A DNA stretch of 64,000 bases from Acidobacteriota bacterium (GCA_022826825.1 JAJDUD010000027.1:1050-65049), one strand, 5' to 3'; shown: positions 18,240 through 27,285, numbered from the stretch's first letter. Made by a program: numbers and translations. The notes: generated by a model from the letters alone, not told the origin.

Positions 18240-18458
18240 GGAGCGCCGGTGTTCACACCGGCATCGCGGCCGCAGGCCGCGAAACTCCCGGCGCCATCGC
18301 GCCACATTGCGGGGACCCGAGACGAAGACGGCGAAATCGGAGTGCGCGCGCGCCGTTGTCGTCGCGCCACTCCCTTTGACGGGGGCGCCATGCGGCGAAA
18401 TGAAGCCCGGGAGTTTCGCCCGCTGCGCGGGCGATGCCGGTGTGAACACCGGCGCTCC
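18240..18458. mobile_element. Family-2 MITE-like element, 219 bp, with perfect 28-bp terminal inverted repeats (ggagcgccggtgttcacaccggcatcgc ... gcgatgccggtgtgaacaccggcgctcc)
   Basis: The terminal repeats are exact reverse complements. The interior is also partly palindromic. Related arms occur at 10716, 39964, 42691 and 42999. A family-1 right-end fragment (ctgcatttgcacagcaactgg) follows at 18470..18497. Confidence 0.7.
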
Positions 18459-18572
18459 TCGCCATCCCCGCCGTCGGCCGGGCTGCATTTGCACAGCAAC
18501 TGGCCGGCACCGCCCGCCGCAGGCGGGCGAAATCCCCGCGGTGCCGTCTACACCCGCGGGGCGGTCGCGTCT

Positions 18573-19046
18573 TCAGGTCGTGAACAGGAAGCCGAAGACC
18601 GCGATCAGCACCGTGATCAGGAGGGCCAAGGCGCCAAACAGGATCTGTACCTGAGCCTTCAGCCCATCCAAACGGGCGGCGATGACGTCCAGCTTGCGGT
18701 CGCGTTCCGCGAGCAGCTCGCCATGGGCGGCGACGGTATCGGTCAGCTTCGCGACGGCTTCCGTCAAGGCCTCGAGCTTCCGATCCTGTGCGTCGAACCG
18801 CTGGCGCATCTCCAGCAGGAACGGCTGAAGCTGCGGGGTAAGGGCTTCGGAAACCACGGCGCGGATCCGCTTTTCCGCAGTATAGGCGACGGGGGCGTCG
18901 AACCCGGCCTCCAACAGAGTGTGGAAGAGGGCGCCGTTGGGCGCGCCTTTCGAAGACGGCATGTCTGCTGTGGGGGCGCGCGCGTCCGGCGGCGGCTGGG
19001 ACCTCTCTGGTCCGGGGGTAGGTGGCTGCGGGTCGGTCTCGGGCAC
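18573..19046 (-). CDS. Hypothetical protein, Pro-rich N-terminus, coiled coil and C-terminal TM helix
   Basis: 157 aa, ending ...LKAQVQILFGALALLITVLIAVFGFLFTT. It sits between LVIVD paralogs 3 and 4. Confidence 0.4.
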   Translation of the reverse strand: MPETDPQPPTPGPERSQPPPDARAPTADMPSSKGAPNGALFHTLLEAGFDAPVAYTAEKRIRAVVSEALTPQLQPFLLEMRQRFDAQDRKLEALTEAVAKLTDTVAAHGELLAERDRKLDVIAARLDGLKAQVQILFGALALLITVLIAVFGFLFTT

Positions 19047-19222
19047 CGGGAACTCCTTCGGAAATGGGCTGTCGGAAGACGCGGGTGTCTTCCCCTACTT
19101 CTCCAGACGCAATTCCGGCCCGAAAATTCCCGCTGCGCGGAGGTTTGTGGAAAAGTCGGAGTGAAGATGGCTCAGGCGGCGGGGCGGGCGTATATTCCCG
19201 AGCGTCGAGGGACCGCACGACC

Positions 19223-21277
19223 ATGACCCGAACCTTTCGTTTCCATCCCATCTCCCTTGTGGCCGCCGCACTGCTCCTTCTCGCCTTCCCGGCGTTCGCG
19301 CAGGAAGAAGAGGAGGCGGCCGGCCCCGAGCCCGCCGAACTCGTCATCACCCCGAGCGAGCTGACGCTCGAGGTGGGGGCGACGGCGACCCTCGAGGCCG
19401 AGGTCCGCGATGACGACGGCAACGTCATGGACCGCACCGTGGTCTTCTTCTCGCGCCGGCGCCGTTCGGTGGGCGTGAACCCCGCCGGGATCGTGGAGGC
19501 CTTCCGGCCCGGCGAGCACACCCTGATCGCCATGGTGCCGCGGGACCCCGAGGACACCGACCGGCGGGCCGAACCCGCGGTGATGGTGGAGATCCCGGTC
19601 ACGATCCCCAACCCGCCGGTGGCCACCGTCGAGGTGGCCAACCTGCCGGGCCATCTCTACGCCGGCACCGAGATCGGGCTGCGTTCGACGGTCACCGACA
19701 CCTCGGGCGCGGTCCGCAGCGACGTGGAGGTGGGCTGGAGCAGCGCCGACCCGTCGGTGGCCGGCGTGGACGCCCTCGGGGTCCTCACCCTGACGGGCGT
19801 GGGGCGGACGACCGTCACCGTCACCGCCGAGGAGGCGTCCGGCGACACCGCGATCGAGGTGCTCGCCAACCCGGTTGCCTCCATCACGCTGACCGGGGCG
19901 CCGGCGGACGCGATCCGCACCGGCGACGTGGTCTTCTTCGAGGCGCAGGTCACCGACGCCTCCGGGAACGAAGTTCCCGACTACCCGGTCCAGTTCGCGA
20001 CGCTCGGGATTCCCGCGGACGGGATCGTGGCGCCCGGAGCCATCGGCCAGGTGGACGCGGACGGCGCGTTCGTCGCCGAACGGTCGGGGACGCACACCGT
20101 GATCGCCGACGGGTTCACGAAGTCGGCGAGCGCCACGGTGGCGGTTACGTCCCGGAACGTGCGAAAGGACGTCGAGATCGTGGGGCAGGGCCCGGTCCGC
20201 GACCGCTACACCTCCGACCTCTGGGTCTGGGAGGGCACGGACGGCCGGGACTACGCGGTGACCGGCACCTGGGGCGCCGATGGCCACGCCTACTTCTGGG
20301 ACGTCACCGATCCCGCGGCGATGTCGCTCATCGACACGGTTCGGGTGGACGCCCGGACGGTGAACGACGTGAAAGTCTCGGAGGACGCGAAGTTCTGCGT
20401 GATCAGCCGGGAAGGGGCCTCCAACCGGCGGAACGGTCTCGTCATCCTCGACATCAGCGACCCGCAGAGCGGGGTCCAGGTGATCGCCCGCTACGACGAC
20501 CAGCTCACCGGCGGGGTCCATAACGTCTTCATCGCCGAAGACCACATCTACGCACTGTCGGCGGGGCGGCGCTTCGACATCCTGAATGCCGAAGACCCGA
20601 CGAACCCGTACCGGGTGGGCCGCTTCGAACTGGACACGCCCGGCCACTCGATCCACGACGTGTGGGTGGAGGACGGGATCGCCTACTCCTCGAACTGGGA
20701 CGACGGCATCGTCGCGATCGACGTGGGCGGCGGCGGCATGGGCGGCGCGCCCAACAACCCGGTCATGCTCGGCAGCGCGCCGCACCCGAGCGGCTGGAAC
20801 CACGCGGCGTATCCCTATCGGAGCGAGTCCACCGGCAAGTTCCTGATGATCGGCGGGGACGAGGCGTTCCCGTACCAGACGATCGGGGAATCGGACACGC
20901 CGGACCGGGCCGCCGGCTGGATTCACATCTACGAGTGGGACGAATGGGAAGACGCCCGCGAGGTGGCGCGCTACCAGGTGCCCGAGGCCGGAACCCACAA
21001 CCTGTGGGTCGAGGACGACATCCTCTACATCGGCTACTACAACGGCGGCCTGCGGGTAGTGGACATCTCAGGCGACCTGCGGGGCGACCTCTACCGGCAG
21101 GGACGGGAGATCGCGGTCTTCTGGCCGCAGGACCCGGAGAGCTTCATCCCCAACGCGCCCATGGTCTGGGGGCCGCAGCCCTACAAGGGTCACATCTTCG
21201 TCGCCGACCACCACTCGGGCCTCTGGGCGGTGAAGCTCGTGGACCCGGAGCCGGTGAACCTGGGAGAGCCGCAGTAG
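19223..21277 (+). CDS. Secreted Big_2 + LVIVD beta-propeller protein, paralog 4
   Basis: 684 aa, starting MTRTFRFHPISLVAAALLLLAFPAFAQEEEE. It is ~85-90% identical to paralogs 2 and 3. Confidence 0.75.
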   Translation: MTRTFRFHPISLVAAALLLLAFPAFAQEEEEAAGPEPAELVITPSELTLEVGATATLEAEVRDDDGNVMDRTVVFFSRRRRSVGVNPAGIVEAFRPGEHTLIAMVPRDPEDTDRRAEPAVMVEIPVTIPNPPVATVEVANLPGHLYAGTEIGLRSTVTDTSGAVRSDVEVGWSSADPSVAGVDALGVLTLTGVGRTTVTVTAEEASGDTAIEVLANPVASITLTGAPADAIRTGDVVFFEAQVTDASGNEVPDYPVQFATLGIPADGIVAPGAIGQVDADGAFVAERSGTHTVIADGFTKSASATVAVTSRNVRKDVEIVGQGPVRDRYTSDLWVWEGTDGRDYAVTGTWGADGHAYFWDVTDPAAMSLIDTVRVDARTVNDVKVSEDAKFCVISREGASNRRNGLVILDISDPQSGVQVIARYDDQLTGGVHNVFIAEDHIYALSAGRRFDILNAEDPTNPYRVGRFELDTPGHSIHDVWVEDGIAYSSNWDDGIVAIDVGGGGMGGAPNNPVMLGSAPHPSGWNHAAYPYRSESTGKFLMIGGDEAFPYQTIGESDTPDRAAGWIHIYEWDEWEDAREVARYQVPEAGTHNLWVEDDILYIGYYNGGLRVVDISGDLRGDLYRQGREIAVFWPQDPESFIPNAPMVWGPQPYKGHIFVADHHSGLWAVKLVDPEPVNLGEPQ

Positions 21278-21281
21278 GGGG
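21251..21281 (+). repeat. Direct repeat, left copy: the last ~31 bp of LVIVD paralog 4 including its stop codon (ccggtgaacctgggagagccgcagtaggggg)
   Basis: It matches 22295..22325 at 29 of 31 positions. The similarity extends ~35 bp if the upstream ggacc is included. Confidence 0.8.
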
Positions 21282-21288
21282 GAGCCCG

Positions 21289-21429
21289 CTACCGATCGCC
21301 CCTCCCGGGAGCGCCCGGCAGCAAGGGTGCGACCAGGGCCCGGGCGACCACGAGGTCCTGCTCGACCTGGGCATCCTGGACCCAGGGCGCGCGCGCTCGC
21401 CACTCGGTGATGTAGTCGCGCGGGATCAC
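21289..21429 (-). pseudogene. Truncated AbiEii/AbiGii nucleotidyltransferase toxin: only the N-terminal 46 codons remain
   Basis: The minus-strand GTG at 21429 overlaps the abiEi stop as GTGA. The translation VIPRDYITEWRARAPWVQDAQVEQDLVVARALVAPLLPGAPGRGDR* matches the conserved AbiEii N-terminus (...W....W..DAQVEQDL..SRAL). It ends at a stop codon 12 bp after the LVIVD-4 stop. Confidence 0.55.
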
Positions 21430-22232
21430 GTCTCCACCTCGACTTCGGCGTTGATGCGCAGCCGCCACCGCCGGTCGCGCGGACCGTCATGGGGGCTGCC
21501 GGGCACGAGCAGCACGGTGTCGCGCGCACGGCGGCGCACGTCGCGCTCGAGGGTCGATGCCTTGTCGGCCGCGCCAACGAGGTCGAGCAGGTAACCGAGG
21601 CGCTGCGCCCAGGAAACCGGCGCCGTCCCCGCTGCTGCCGCGAGCCGACCCGGCCGGATGTGCTCGGCGAGTTCCGCAATGACCGTGGCCGCCTGAGCAA
21701 GTCCCCCGACGCGTTTCTGGTAGCCGACCAGGTCAACGGCTGTGGCTTCGAGGCTCGATACCCGGATCGCCCCACGCGGCGTGTTGAAGCTCTGGACGGG
21801 AACCTCGGCGAGGCGGGTGCGAGTGATGAAGGAAACCGCGACGCTGCCGCACGAAATCGGCCGGCGATACCCGGCCAGCGCCACCTGGAAGGTTTGCGGA
21901 CGGTGGTGCGCGGCGCCGTGGAACTGGGCTGCCGACAGGAGCGCGGCGTAGTAGCGCCGATCGAGATGCGCCATGAACGCGGGGACGAACTGCTCGGCCG
22001 GCAGGCAGCCGAGGCGCCGGTACTCTGGGGGTACGACGACGTAGAAGCCGCGCCCGGGACTCGCGATCAGCCCTTTGTTCGCCAGCCGGCTGAGCGCGAG
22101 TCTGGCCGCCGCCGGCGAGACGCCGAGAAGCCGGCGCATCTCCATCGCCGTGAAGTGGTGTCGGCCGGCAGCCGCAAAGTCGGCAACCAGGCTGCCGGCT
22201 CGGCGTGGCCTCGACTCCGATTTCATCCACAT
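21426..22232 (-). CDS. Type IV toxin-antitoxin AbiEi-family antitoxin / transcriptional regulator
   Basis: 268 aa. The N-terminal wHTH (MEMRRLLGVSPAAARLALSRLANKGLIASPGRGFYVVVP) and the C-terminal AbiEi domain are both present. The upstream region at 22233..22290 is AT-rich and unusual for this genome, and it contains a gtatc-N7-gatac palindrome. Confidence 0.65.
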   Translation of the reverse strand: MWMKSESRPRRAGSLVADFAAAGRHHFTAMEMRRLLGVSPAAARLALSRLANKGLIASPGRGFYVVVPPEYRRLGCLPAEQFVPAFMAHLDRRYYAALLSAAQFHGAAHHRPQTFQVALAGYRRPISCGSVAVSFITRTRLAEVPVQSFNTPRGAIRVSSLEATAVDLVGYQKRVGGLAQAATVIAELAEHIRPGRLAAAAGTAPVSWAQRLGYLLDLVGAADKASTLERDVRRRARDTVLLVPGSPHDGPRDRRWRLRINAEVEVET

Positions 22233-22294
22233 AATGTATCATTAAGCGATACTTTAAGCAGTCATTTGCGAAATCTCTGTGAACGCAGGACCAG

Positions 22295-22325
22295 CCGGTG
22301 GACCTGGGAGAGCCGCAGTAGGCGG
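22295..22325 (+). repeat. Direct repeat, right copy (ccggtggacctgggagagccgcagtaggcgg)
   Basis: This is a near-identical copy of the LVIVD-4 3' end at 21251..21281. It lies ~1 kb downstream and brackets the abiEi/abiEii-remnant module. Confidence 0.8.
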
Positions 22326-22483
22326 GTGCGCCTTCAGGTCGGCACCGGCTGGAGGCAGCCCAGCGGACGAAGGCCGGATCAGCCTGACGCACGGCTTCGC
22401 CACCGTTCCCGCTGTCCGACGCTCCCTATACTCCGCGCCGCGACGAGGGGCGCAGAACGCTGGAGCGCATCGATCCGGGACTG

Positions 22484-23197
22484 GTGGACGCCCTTTGGCT
22501 GGGAGTCCTGATCCTGGTTTCGGGCGTGTCGGCCTGGTCGGGCGCCCTCGCCGTCCGGGAGGCCCGGCGGGAGACGCCGCCGGAGTTGACGGCGGCCGAG
22601 AAGCGCTCCATCTACCGGCGCGGGAGCGTCATGCTGTGGGTGCTCGCGGTGGGGACCCTGGCCTGGTGGGGCTTCGCCGGGCGGGACTGGGCCGCGCTGG
22701 GCTTCGCGGCGCCGCGCTGGACCTGGCCGGCGGCCGGCGCCGCCCTCGCCCTCATCGTCTGGCTGGCCGCGGATACCGCAAGGCAAACGGCGCCGTCGCG
22801 GATCTCCGGCACCCGGGAGCGATGGCGGATCCAGAACCCCTACATCCCGGTCTCCGGAGCCGAGTTCCGGAGCTACACGGTCCTGGCCGTGAGCGCCGGG
22901 ATCTGCGAGGAGATCGTTTACCGGGGCTTCATGATCGCCGTCCTCCGCGCCTGGTTCGGCCCCGGATGGGAGGGAGCGGCGCTCGCTGTCGGGCTACCGG
23001 CCGTCTTCTTCGGGGCCGCTCACGCCGCCCAGGGATGGCGCGGCGTCGTCGGGGCCGCGGGGGGCGCCTTGGCGTGGGGATTCATGGTGATCGAAACCGG
23101 TTCCGTCTGGCCCGGCATCGTGTTCCACGTCCTGTGGGACCTGTTCATGGGGTGGCTGGGGTTCCGGTTCCTGCGGCCTTCCCCGACCGGGACCTGA
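22484..23197 (+). CDS. CPBP-family intramembrane metalloprotease (CAAX protease/Abi domain)
   Basis: 237 aa and multi-TM. It carries the conserved EEIVYRG ... FFGAAH ... HVLWD motifs. Confidence 0.7.
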   Translation: MDALWLGVLILVSGVSAWSGALAVREARRETPPELTAAEKRSIYRRGSVMLWVLAVGTLAWWGFAGRDWAALGFAAPRWTWPAAGAALALIVWLAADTARQTAPSRISGTRERWRIQNPYIPVSGAEFRSYTVLAVSAGICEEIVYRGFMIAVLRAWFGPGWEGAALAVGLPAVFFGAAHAAQGWRGVVGAAGGALAWGFMVIETGSVWPGIVFHVLWDLFMGWLGFRFLRPSPTGT

Positions 23198-23295
23198 TCC
23201 GTACTCTGCCTGGATTCGCCTTCGGAGCCGGCGCCGGACGCCGGCTCACGCTGGCGTTCCGAGCGGCTGCGCCATCCGGGGGAATGAGGTCCGTC

Positions 23296-23349
23296 CCGCC
23301 GCCCGCCTTCGGCGGGCTGTGCCGACCGGAGGTCGGCGTTCCAAGCCGG
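23296..23349. repeat. GC hairpin (gcccgcc-ttc-ggcgggc) followed by a family-1 31-bp hairpin unit in reverse orientation (gtgccgaccggaggtcggcgttccaagccgg)
   Basis: It lies between convergent genes (CPBP protease and S9 peptidase). Copies of the same unit are at 7670, 7836, 27363, 27525, 27618, 36287 and 36407. Confidence 0.6.
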
Positions 23350-23368
23350 TGCGCCACGCGGGCCAGGA

Positions 23369-25348
23369 TCACTCCCCCGCGGGGTATTCGATGTCGGTGA
23401 CCAGAAACTCCTCGAAGAAATCGAGCATGTCGTGGAGCTTGTCGATCGTGTTCTGCCTCCCGTAGACGTAGTACCCCTCACCCGGATACGCCTTGTAGCG
23501 CACGATCTTGTAGTGCTGGTCGAGCTTGCGGGCGAAGTTCAGCGCGGCCTGCGGCTGGTCTTCGCGCATCCGCCAGCCGGCCGCCACGCCCTCGCCCTGG
23601 ATCACGAAGGTCGGCGTCGTGACCTCGTGCGCCTTCAGGATGGACGAGCTGTTGAGGTACGTCTCGCGGTTTTCGGGATACGGGCCGAGTTCGTACTCGA
23701 CCAGCTTGATGTGCTGGAGCTCGTGGACCGTGGAGTGGAACTCGGTCATGTCGCCATAGCCCGACAGCGAGATGGCCGCCTGGAAGACGTCGGGGGCGAA
23801 GGCGACCGCCGCCATGGTCATGATCCCGCCGTAGCTGGTCCCGGTGACCCCGATCCGGTCGGGGTCCACGTCGGACCGGCCCTTCAGGTAGTCCACCCCG
23901 GCGAGGACGTCCTCGAGGTCGCAGTGCCCCCAGCACTCGTTGTTGAGGTCCTCGAAGGCGAGGCCGTAGCCGGAACTGCCGCGGATGTTCGGCATGAGCA
24001 CGACGTAGCCGCGCTGGGCGAAGAAGTGGACCTGCTGGTGCCGCCGGAACTGGTCGTCGAACTGGGACGTGGGTCCGCCGTGGATCCAGACCACGCCGGG
24101 GAAGCGTTCGCCGGGCGCCGCGTCCGGCGGCGTGTGCACGTAGGCCTCGATGGTGAGGCCGTCGGTGCTCGGGTAGCGGATCTTTTCGGGGAGCTCGACG
24201 CGGGGCTCGGCGTCCGCGCCGATCTCGCTGTGCGCGAGCGCGCTCTCTCCCGAGGCGAGGTCGAGCACGAAGAGTTCCGCGGGGCGCGCCGGGGTCTCGA
24301 AGGTGTAGCTGATCCGGGTCCCGTCGGGCGACCACTCGGGACGGAGCGCCGCTCCGGTCTCCCGCTCCACGAGCGTCCGGCCCCCGGACCCGTCCACCGC
24401 CGCCAGCCGCAGGGAATGGACGCCGCCCCGGTTCTCGGTGTAGCTGACCCAGGCGCCGTCGGGCGACCAGCGGGCGTCGCTCTGGTCGTGGTCCGCAGCC
24501 GCCAGCGGCCGGGGCTCACCCCCCGCGCGCGGCGCGATCCAGAAGTTCAGCCAGCCGCTGCGCTGGGAGCGGAAGAGCAGGTGCTCGCCGTCGGGCGACG
24601 GCTGGGCGGCGCCGAACGCCCGGCCCGCGCGGTAGTCGAAGAAGCCGGTGTCCGCGATCACGGTGCGCGGATTCCGGCCGTCGGGGGTGACCTCGATCAC
24701 GTCGTGGTCCACCCAGCGGTCGTCCATGCGCACGTAGAAGAGCGCCCCGGAGTCCGGGGCCCAGCTCGGATACCCCTCGTAGAGCGGGTCGCTGGTGAGC
24801 CGGTGCACCTCGCCGCCGGGGACCGACACCTTCCAGATGTCCATGGTGCCGAACCGGTCGCCGGAGAACGCGATCCAGGCGCCGTCCGGGGACCAGGCGA
24901 GCCCGTTCGCCCGCGCCGAGAGCCGGGTGAGCCGCCGGTCCGTACCCTCCTCGGCCGACCACAGGTAGATGTCCGGCGCGCCGTCACGGTCGGTGGTGTA
25001 GGCGACGAAACGGCCGTCGGGCGACCAGACCGGCTGCGGAGCCCCGAGCGATCCCACCCCGCTGAGCGCCAGGTCCCCGGTGAGCACCCGGAACGAGCCG
25101 TCCCCGGGGTCCACGCCGGCGAGGTCGCCCCCGGCCGACACGAAGGTGATCAGGGACCCGTCCGGCGCCCACTGGGGCGAACGGCTTCCCCCGACCGCGG
25201 CGCGCAGGTCTACGAGTTCGGCGGCGCCGATCGGGCCGGTGAGCTCGTCGGCCGTCCCGGACGGCGAGCCGCCTCCCTCCAGGGCGCACGCGAGCCCCGC
25301 GGCGAGCGCGCACCCGGCTGCGACGGCAAGAAATCGGTGCTGTTTCAT
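23369..25348 (-). CDS. S9-family serine peptidase (prolyl oligopeptidase/dipeptidyl-aminopeptidase-like) with an N-terminal TolB-like beta-propeller
   Basis: 660 aa, starting at the minus-strand ATG 25348 (MKQHRFLAVAAGCALAAGLACA signal). The propeller repeats are WSPDG-type. The catalytic domain reads GVTGTSYGG (GxSxGG) ... HGGP. The long N-terminal extension in ORF 23369..26878 is rejected. Confidence 0.8.
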   Translation of the reverse strand: MKQHRFLAVAAGCALAAGLACALEGGGSPSGTADELTGPIGAAELVDLRAAVGGSRSPQWAPDGSLITFVSAGGDLAGVDPGDGSFRVLTGDLALSGVGSLGAPQPVWSPDGRFVAYTTDRDGAPDIYLWSAEEGTDRRLTRLSARANGLAWSPDGAWIAFSGDRFGTMDIWKVSVPGGEVHRLTSDPLYEGYPSWAPDSGALFYVRMDDRWVDHDVIEVTPDGRNPRTVIADTGFFDYRAGRAFGAAQPSPDGEHLLFRSQRSGWLNFWIAPRAGGEPRPLAAADHDQSDARWSPDGAWVSYTENRGGVHSLRLAAVDGSGGRTLVERETGAALRPEWSPDGTRISYTFETPARPAELFVLDLASGESALAHSEIGADAEPRVELPEKIRYPSTDGLTIEAYVHTPPDAAPGERFPGVVWIHGGPTSQFDDQFRRHQQVHFFAQRGYVVLMPNIRGSSGYGLAFEDLNNECWGHCDLEDVLAGVDYLKGRSDVDPDRIGVTGTSYGGIMTMAAVAFAPDVFQAAISLSGYGDMTEFHSTVHELQHIKLVEYELGPYPENRETYLNSSSILKAHEVTTPTFVIQGEGVAAGWRMREDQPQAALNFARKLDQHYKIVRYKAYPGEGYYVYGRQNTIDKLHDMLDFFEEFLVTDIEYPAGE

Positions 25349-25522
25349 GACCCCGGCTCCTCCCGGCCGCGGTGCGCGCGACCGGAACACAGGACGGAGA
25401 CTACTGGATGCGCGCCGCGGTCGCTGATGCGGGGACGGCCTCACAGTCGGTAGGCTCTCCTTTCCAATCGAAGCTCCCGCGGACGGGTCCCGAGACCCGC
25501 CGCAAGACCAGGAGGAGACAGC

Positions 25523-26794
25523 ATGTTCCGAAACCGGACCGGCGCGGTCTGCGCCACTCTCTTCACCCCCTTGCTGCTGCTCGGGGCCTGCGCCCCGACC
25601 GAGGAGGTCCCGCAGTCGACCGCCACCGTATTCGAGGGCGCGACCGTCATCGTCGGTGACGGCAGCGACCCGATCGAGAACGGCGTGTTCGTCATCGACG
25701 GTGACAGGTTCGTCGCCGTCGGCGCCGCCGGCGACGTGATGGCGCCCGAGGGCGCCGCACGGGTGGACCTCGCCGGCAAGACGGTGATCCCGGCGCTCCT
25801 CGACACCCACGTGCACCTGCGGGTGGACCGCGAGGGCCTGATCGACGACCTCCGGCGGCGCGCCTACTACGGGGTGGGCGCCGCGATGAGCCTCGGCCAC
25901 GACGACGGCGACGCGGCCGCCGCCGTGCGGGAAAACCCGGTGCCCGGCGCGGCGCTGGCGCTGACCGCGGGCCGCGGCATCACCCGGCCCGAGCCGGGAC
26001 GTTCCGAGGTCCCCTACTGGATCGACACGCCGGAGGAAGGCCGCGCTGCAGTCCGGGAAATCGCTGCCGCGAACGTGGACATCGTCAAGATCTGGGTGGA
26101 CGACCGCGGCGGCCAGTACGAGAAGGTGACCGCGGACCTCTACGGCCCGATCATCGAGGAGGCGCATGAGCACGGCCTGCGGGTGACCGCTCACATCTTT
26201 ACGCTCGAGGACGCCAAGGGGCTGCTGGAGGCCGGGGTGGACTCGTTCGCCCACAGCGTTCGGGACATGGACGTGGACGACGAGTTCGTGGCGATGGTCC
26301 AGGAGCGGCCGAACGTGGTCCTGATGGCGAACATGGGCGCCCGCGGCGCCTACGAGGACATGAGCTGGCTCTCGGGCACCCTGAGCGGCGAGGCGCTCGA
26401 GGCGGCCCAGGCCGCCCACGAGGAACGGCCCGAGGCGCACGAGTCGTTCGGCATCCAGGCGCGCAACCTGGTCCGGCTGCACGAGGCCGGGATGAAGATC
26501 GTCATGGGCACCGACGGCAACGGCGGCTGGCGGCCCCACATCGAGATGCGGGACATGGTGGAGTCCGGGATGAGCCCGCACGACGTGATCGTCGCCTCGA
26601 CCGGCGAGGCGGCGGAGTTCCTCATGCTGCACGACACCGGCACCGTCGAAGCCGGCAAGAGCGCGGACTTCGTGGTGCTCGGATCGAACCCGCTGGACGA
26701 CATCATGAACACCCGGGACATCGAGTCCGTGTACCTCCGGGGCGACGAGGTGGACCGGGCCGGGCTGAGCGCCGGCTGGGTCGGCGGGCAGTAG
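25523..26794 (+). CDS. Amidohydrolase-family metal-dependent hydrolase, probable lipoprotein
   Basis: 423 aa. The lipobox-like motif is LLLLGACAP. It has the DTHVHL metal-binding motif and an amidohydrolase-1-like C-terminus (ADFVVLGSNPLDDI). Confidence 0.7.
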   Translation: MFRNRTGAVCATLFTPLLLLGACAPTEEVPQSTATVFEGATVIVGDGSDPIENGVFVIDGDRFVAVGAAGDVMAPEGAARVDLAGKTVIPALLDTHVHLRVDREGLIDDLRRRAYYGVGAAMSLGHDDGDAAAAVRENPVPGAALALTAGRGITRPEPGRSEVPYWIDTPEEGRAAVREIAAANVDIVKIWVDDRGGQYEKVTADLYGPIIEEAHEHGLRVTAHIFTLEDAKGLLEAGVDSFAHSVRDMDVDDEFVAMVQERPNVVLMANMGARGAYEDMSWLSGTLSGEALEAAQAAHEERPEAHESFGIQARNLVRLHEAGMKIVMGTDGNGGWRPHIEMRDMVESGMSPHDVIVASTGEAAEFLMLHDTGTVEAGKSADFVVLGSNPLDDIMNTRDIESVYLRGDEVDRAGLSAGWVGGQ

Positions 26795-26804
26795 GCGACC
26801 GGCG

Positions 26805-27236
26805 ATGAAGCACGCGCACACCGTCAGTTGGGCGATCTTCGCCCTGCTCGGCGCCATCACCATCGTGGTCTCGCTCACCTCGCTCAGCGCCGCCTACCTG
26901 AACCCGGACGCCGACCTGATCGCCGGCCGGTTCACCCCGGCCGAGCTGTCGGACGGCGACCCCGAGGTGGCGGCTGCGCTCTCCGCGCGGCGGGGCACCG
27001 CGGCCGCGTTCGGCCTCTCCTACGGGATCCTGCTGTTCGGAATCGCGTGGGGCCCCTACCGGCGGCGGGGCCGCCTCTTCAAGTGGCTGCTCATCGCCAG
27101 CCTGGTGAACGCGGGCGTCATCCTGCTCCGCGCGCCGGTGCTGGGGGTCGGGCTCGGGCTCGTGACCGCGTTCGTTCCGCTCGGATTGATCGTCATCGCC
27201 GCGGCGCTCGGGGTGATGGCGCGCCGCCAGGCCTGA
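26805..27236 (+). CDS. Hypothetical small membrane protein
   Basis: 143 aa with 3-4 predicted TM helices. Confidence 0.4.
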   Translation: MKHAHTVSWAIFALLGAITIVVSLTSLSAAYLNPDADLIAGRFTPAELSDGDPEVAAALSARRGTAAAFGLSYGILLFGIAWGPYRRRGRLFKWLLIASLVNAGVILLRAPVLGVGLGLVTAFVPLGLIVIAAALGVMARRQA

Positions 27237-27285
27237 GGGCTCCGGACCGGAGTCCGAGACCGGTCCGCCGACGGGCGAGATCGCT

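Noticed and set aside
10696-20998. Long antisense ORFs opposite each LVIVD paralog (10696..12615, 14009..16132, 16071..18494, 19172..20998) and the alternative-frame ORFs 10908..12557 and 8133..9548
   Set aside because: They are artefacts of high GC. The translations are dominated by Arg/Gly/Pro/Asp runs with no domain signatures, whereas the sense frames encode well-formed Big_2/LVIVD proteins.
23432-25453. 673-aa plus-strand ORF antisense to the S9 peptidase, and the 1169-aa extended minus-strand ORF 23369..26878
   Set aside because: The antisense product is low-complexity. The extension upstream of the ATG at 25348 reads through the divergent amidohydrolase promoter and coding region, and lacks the signal peptide that is present at 25348.
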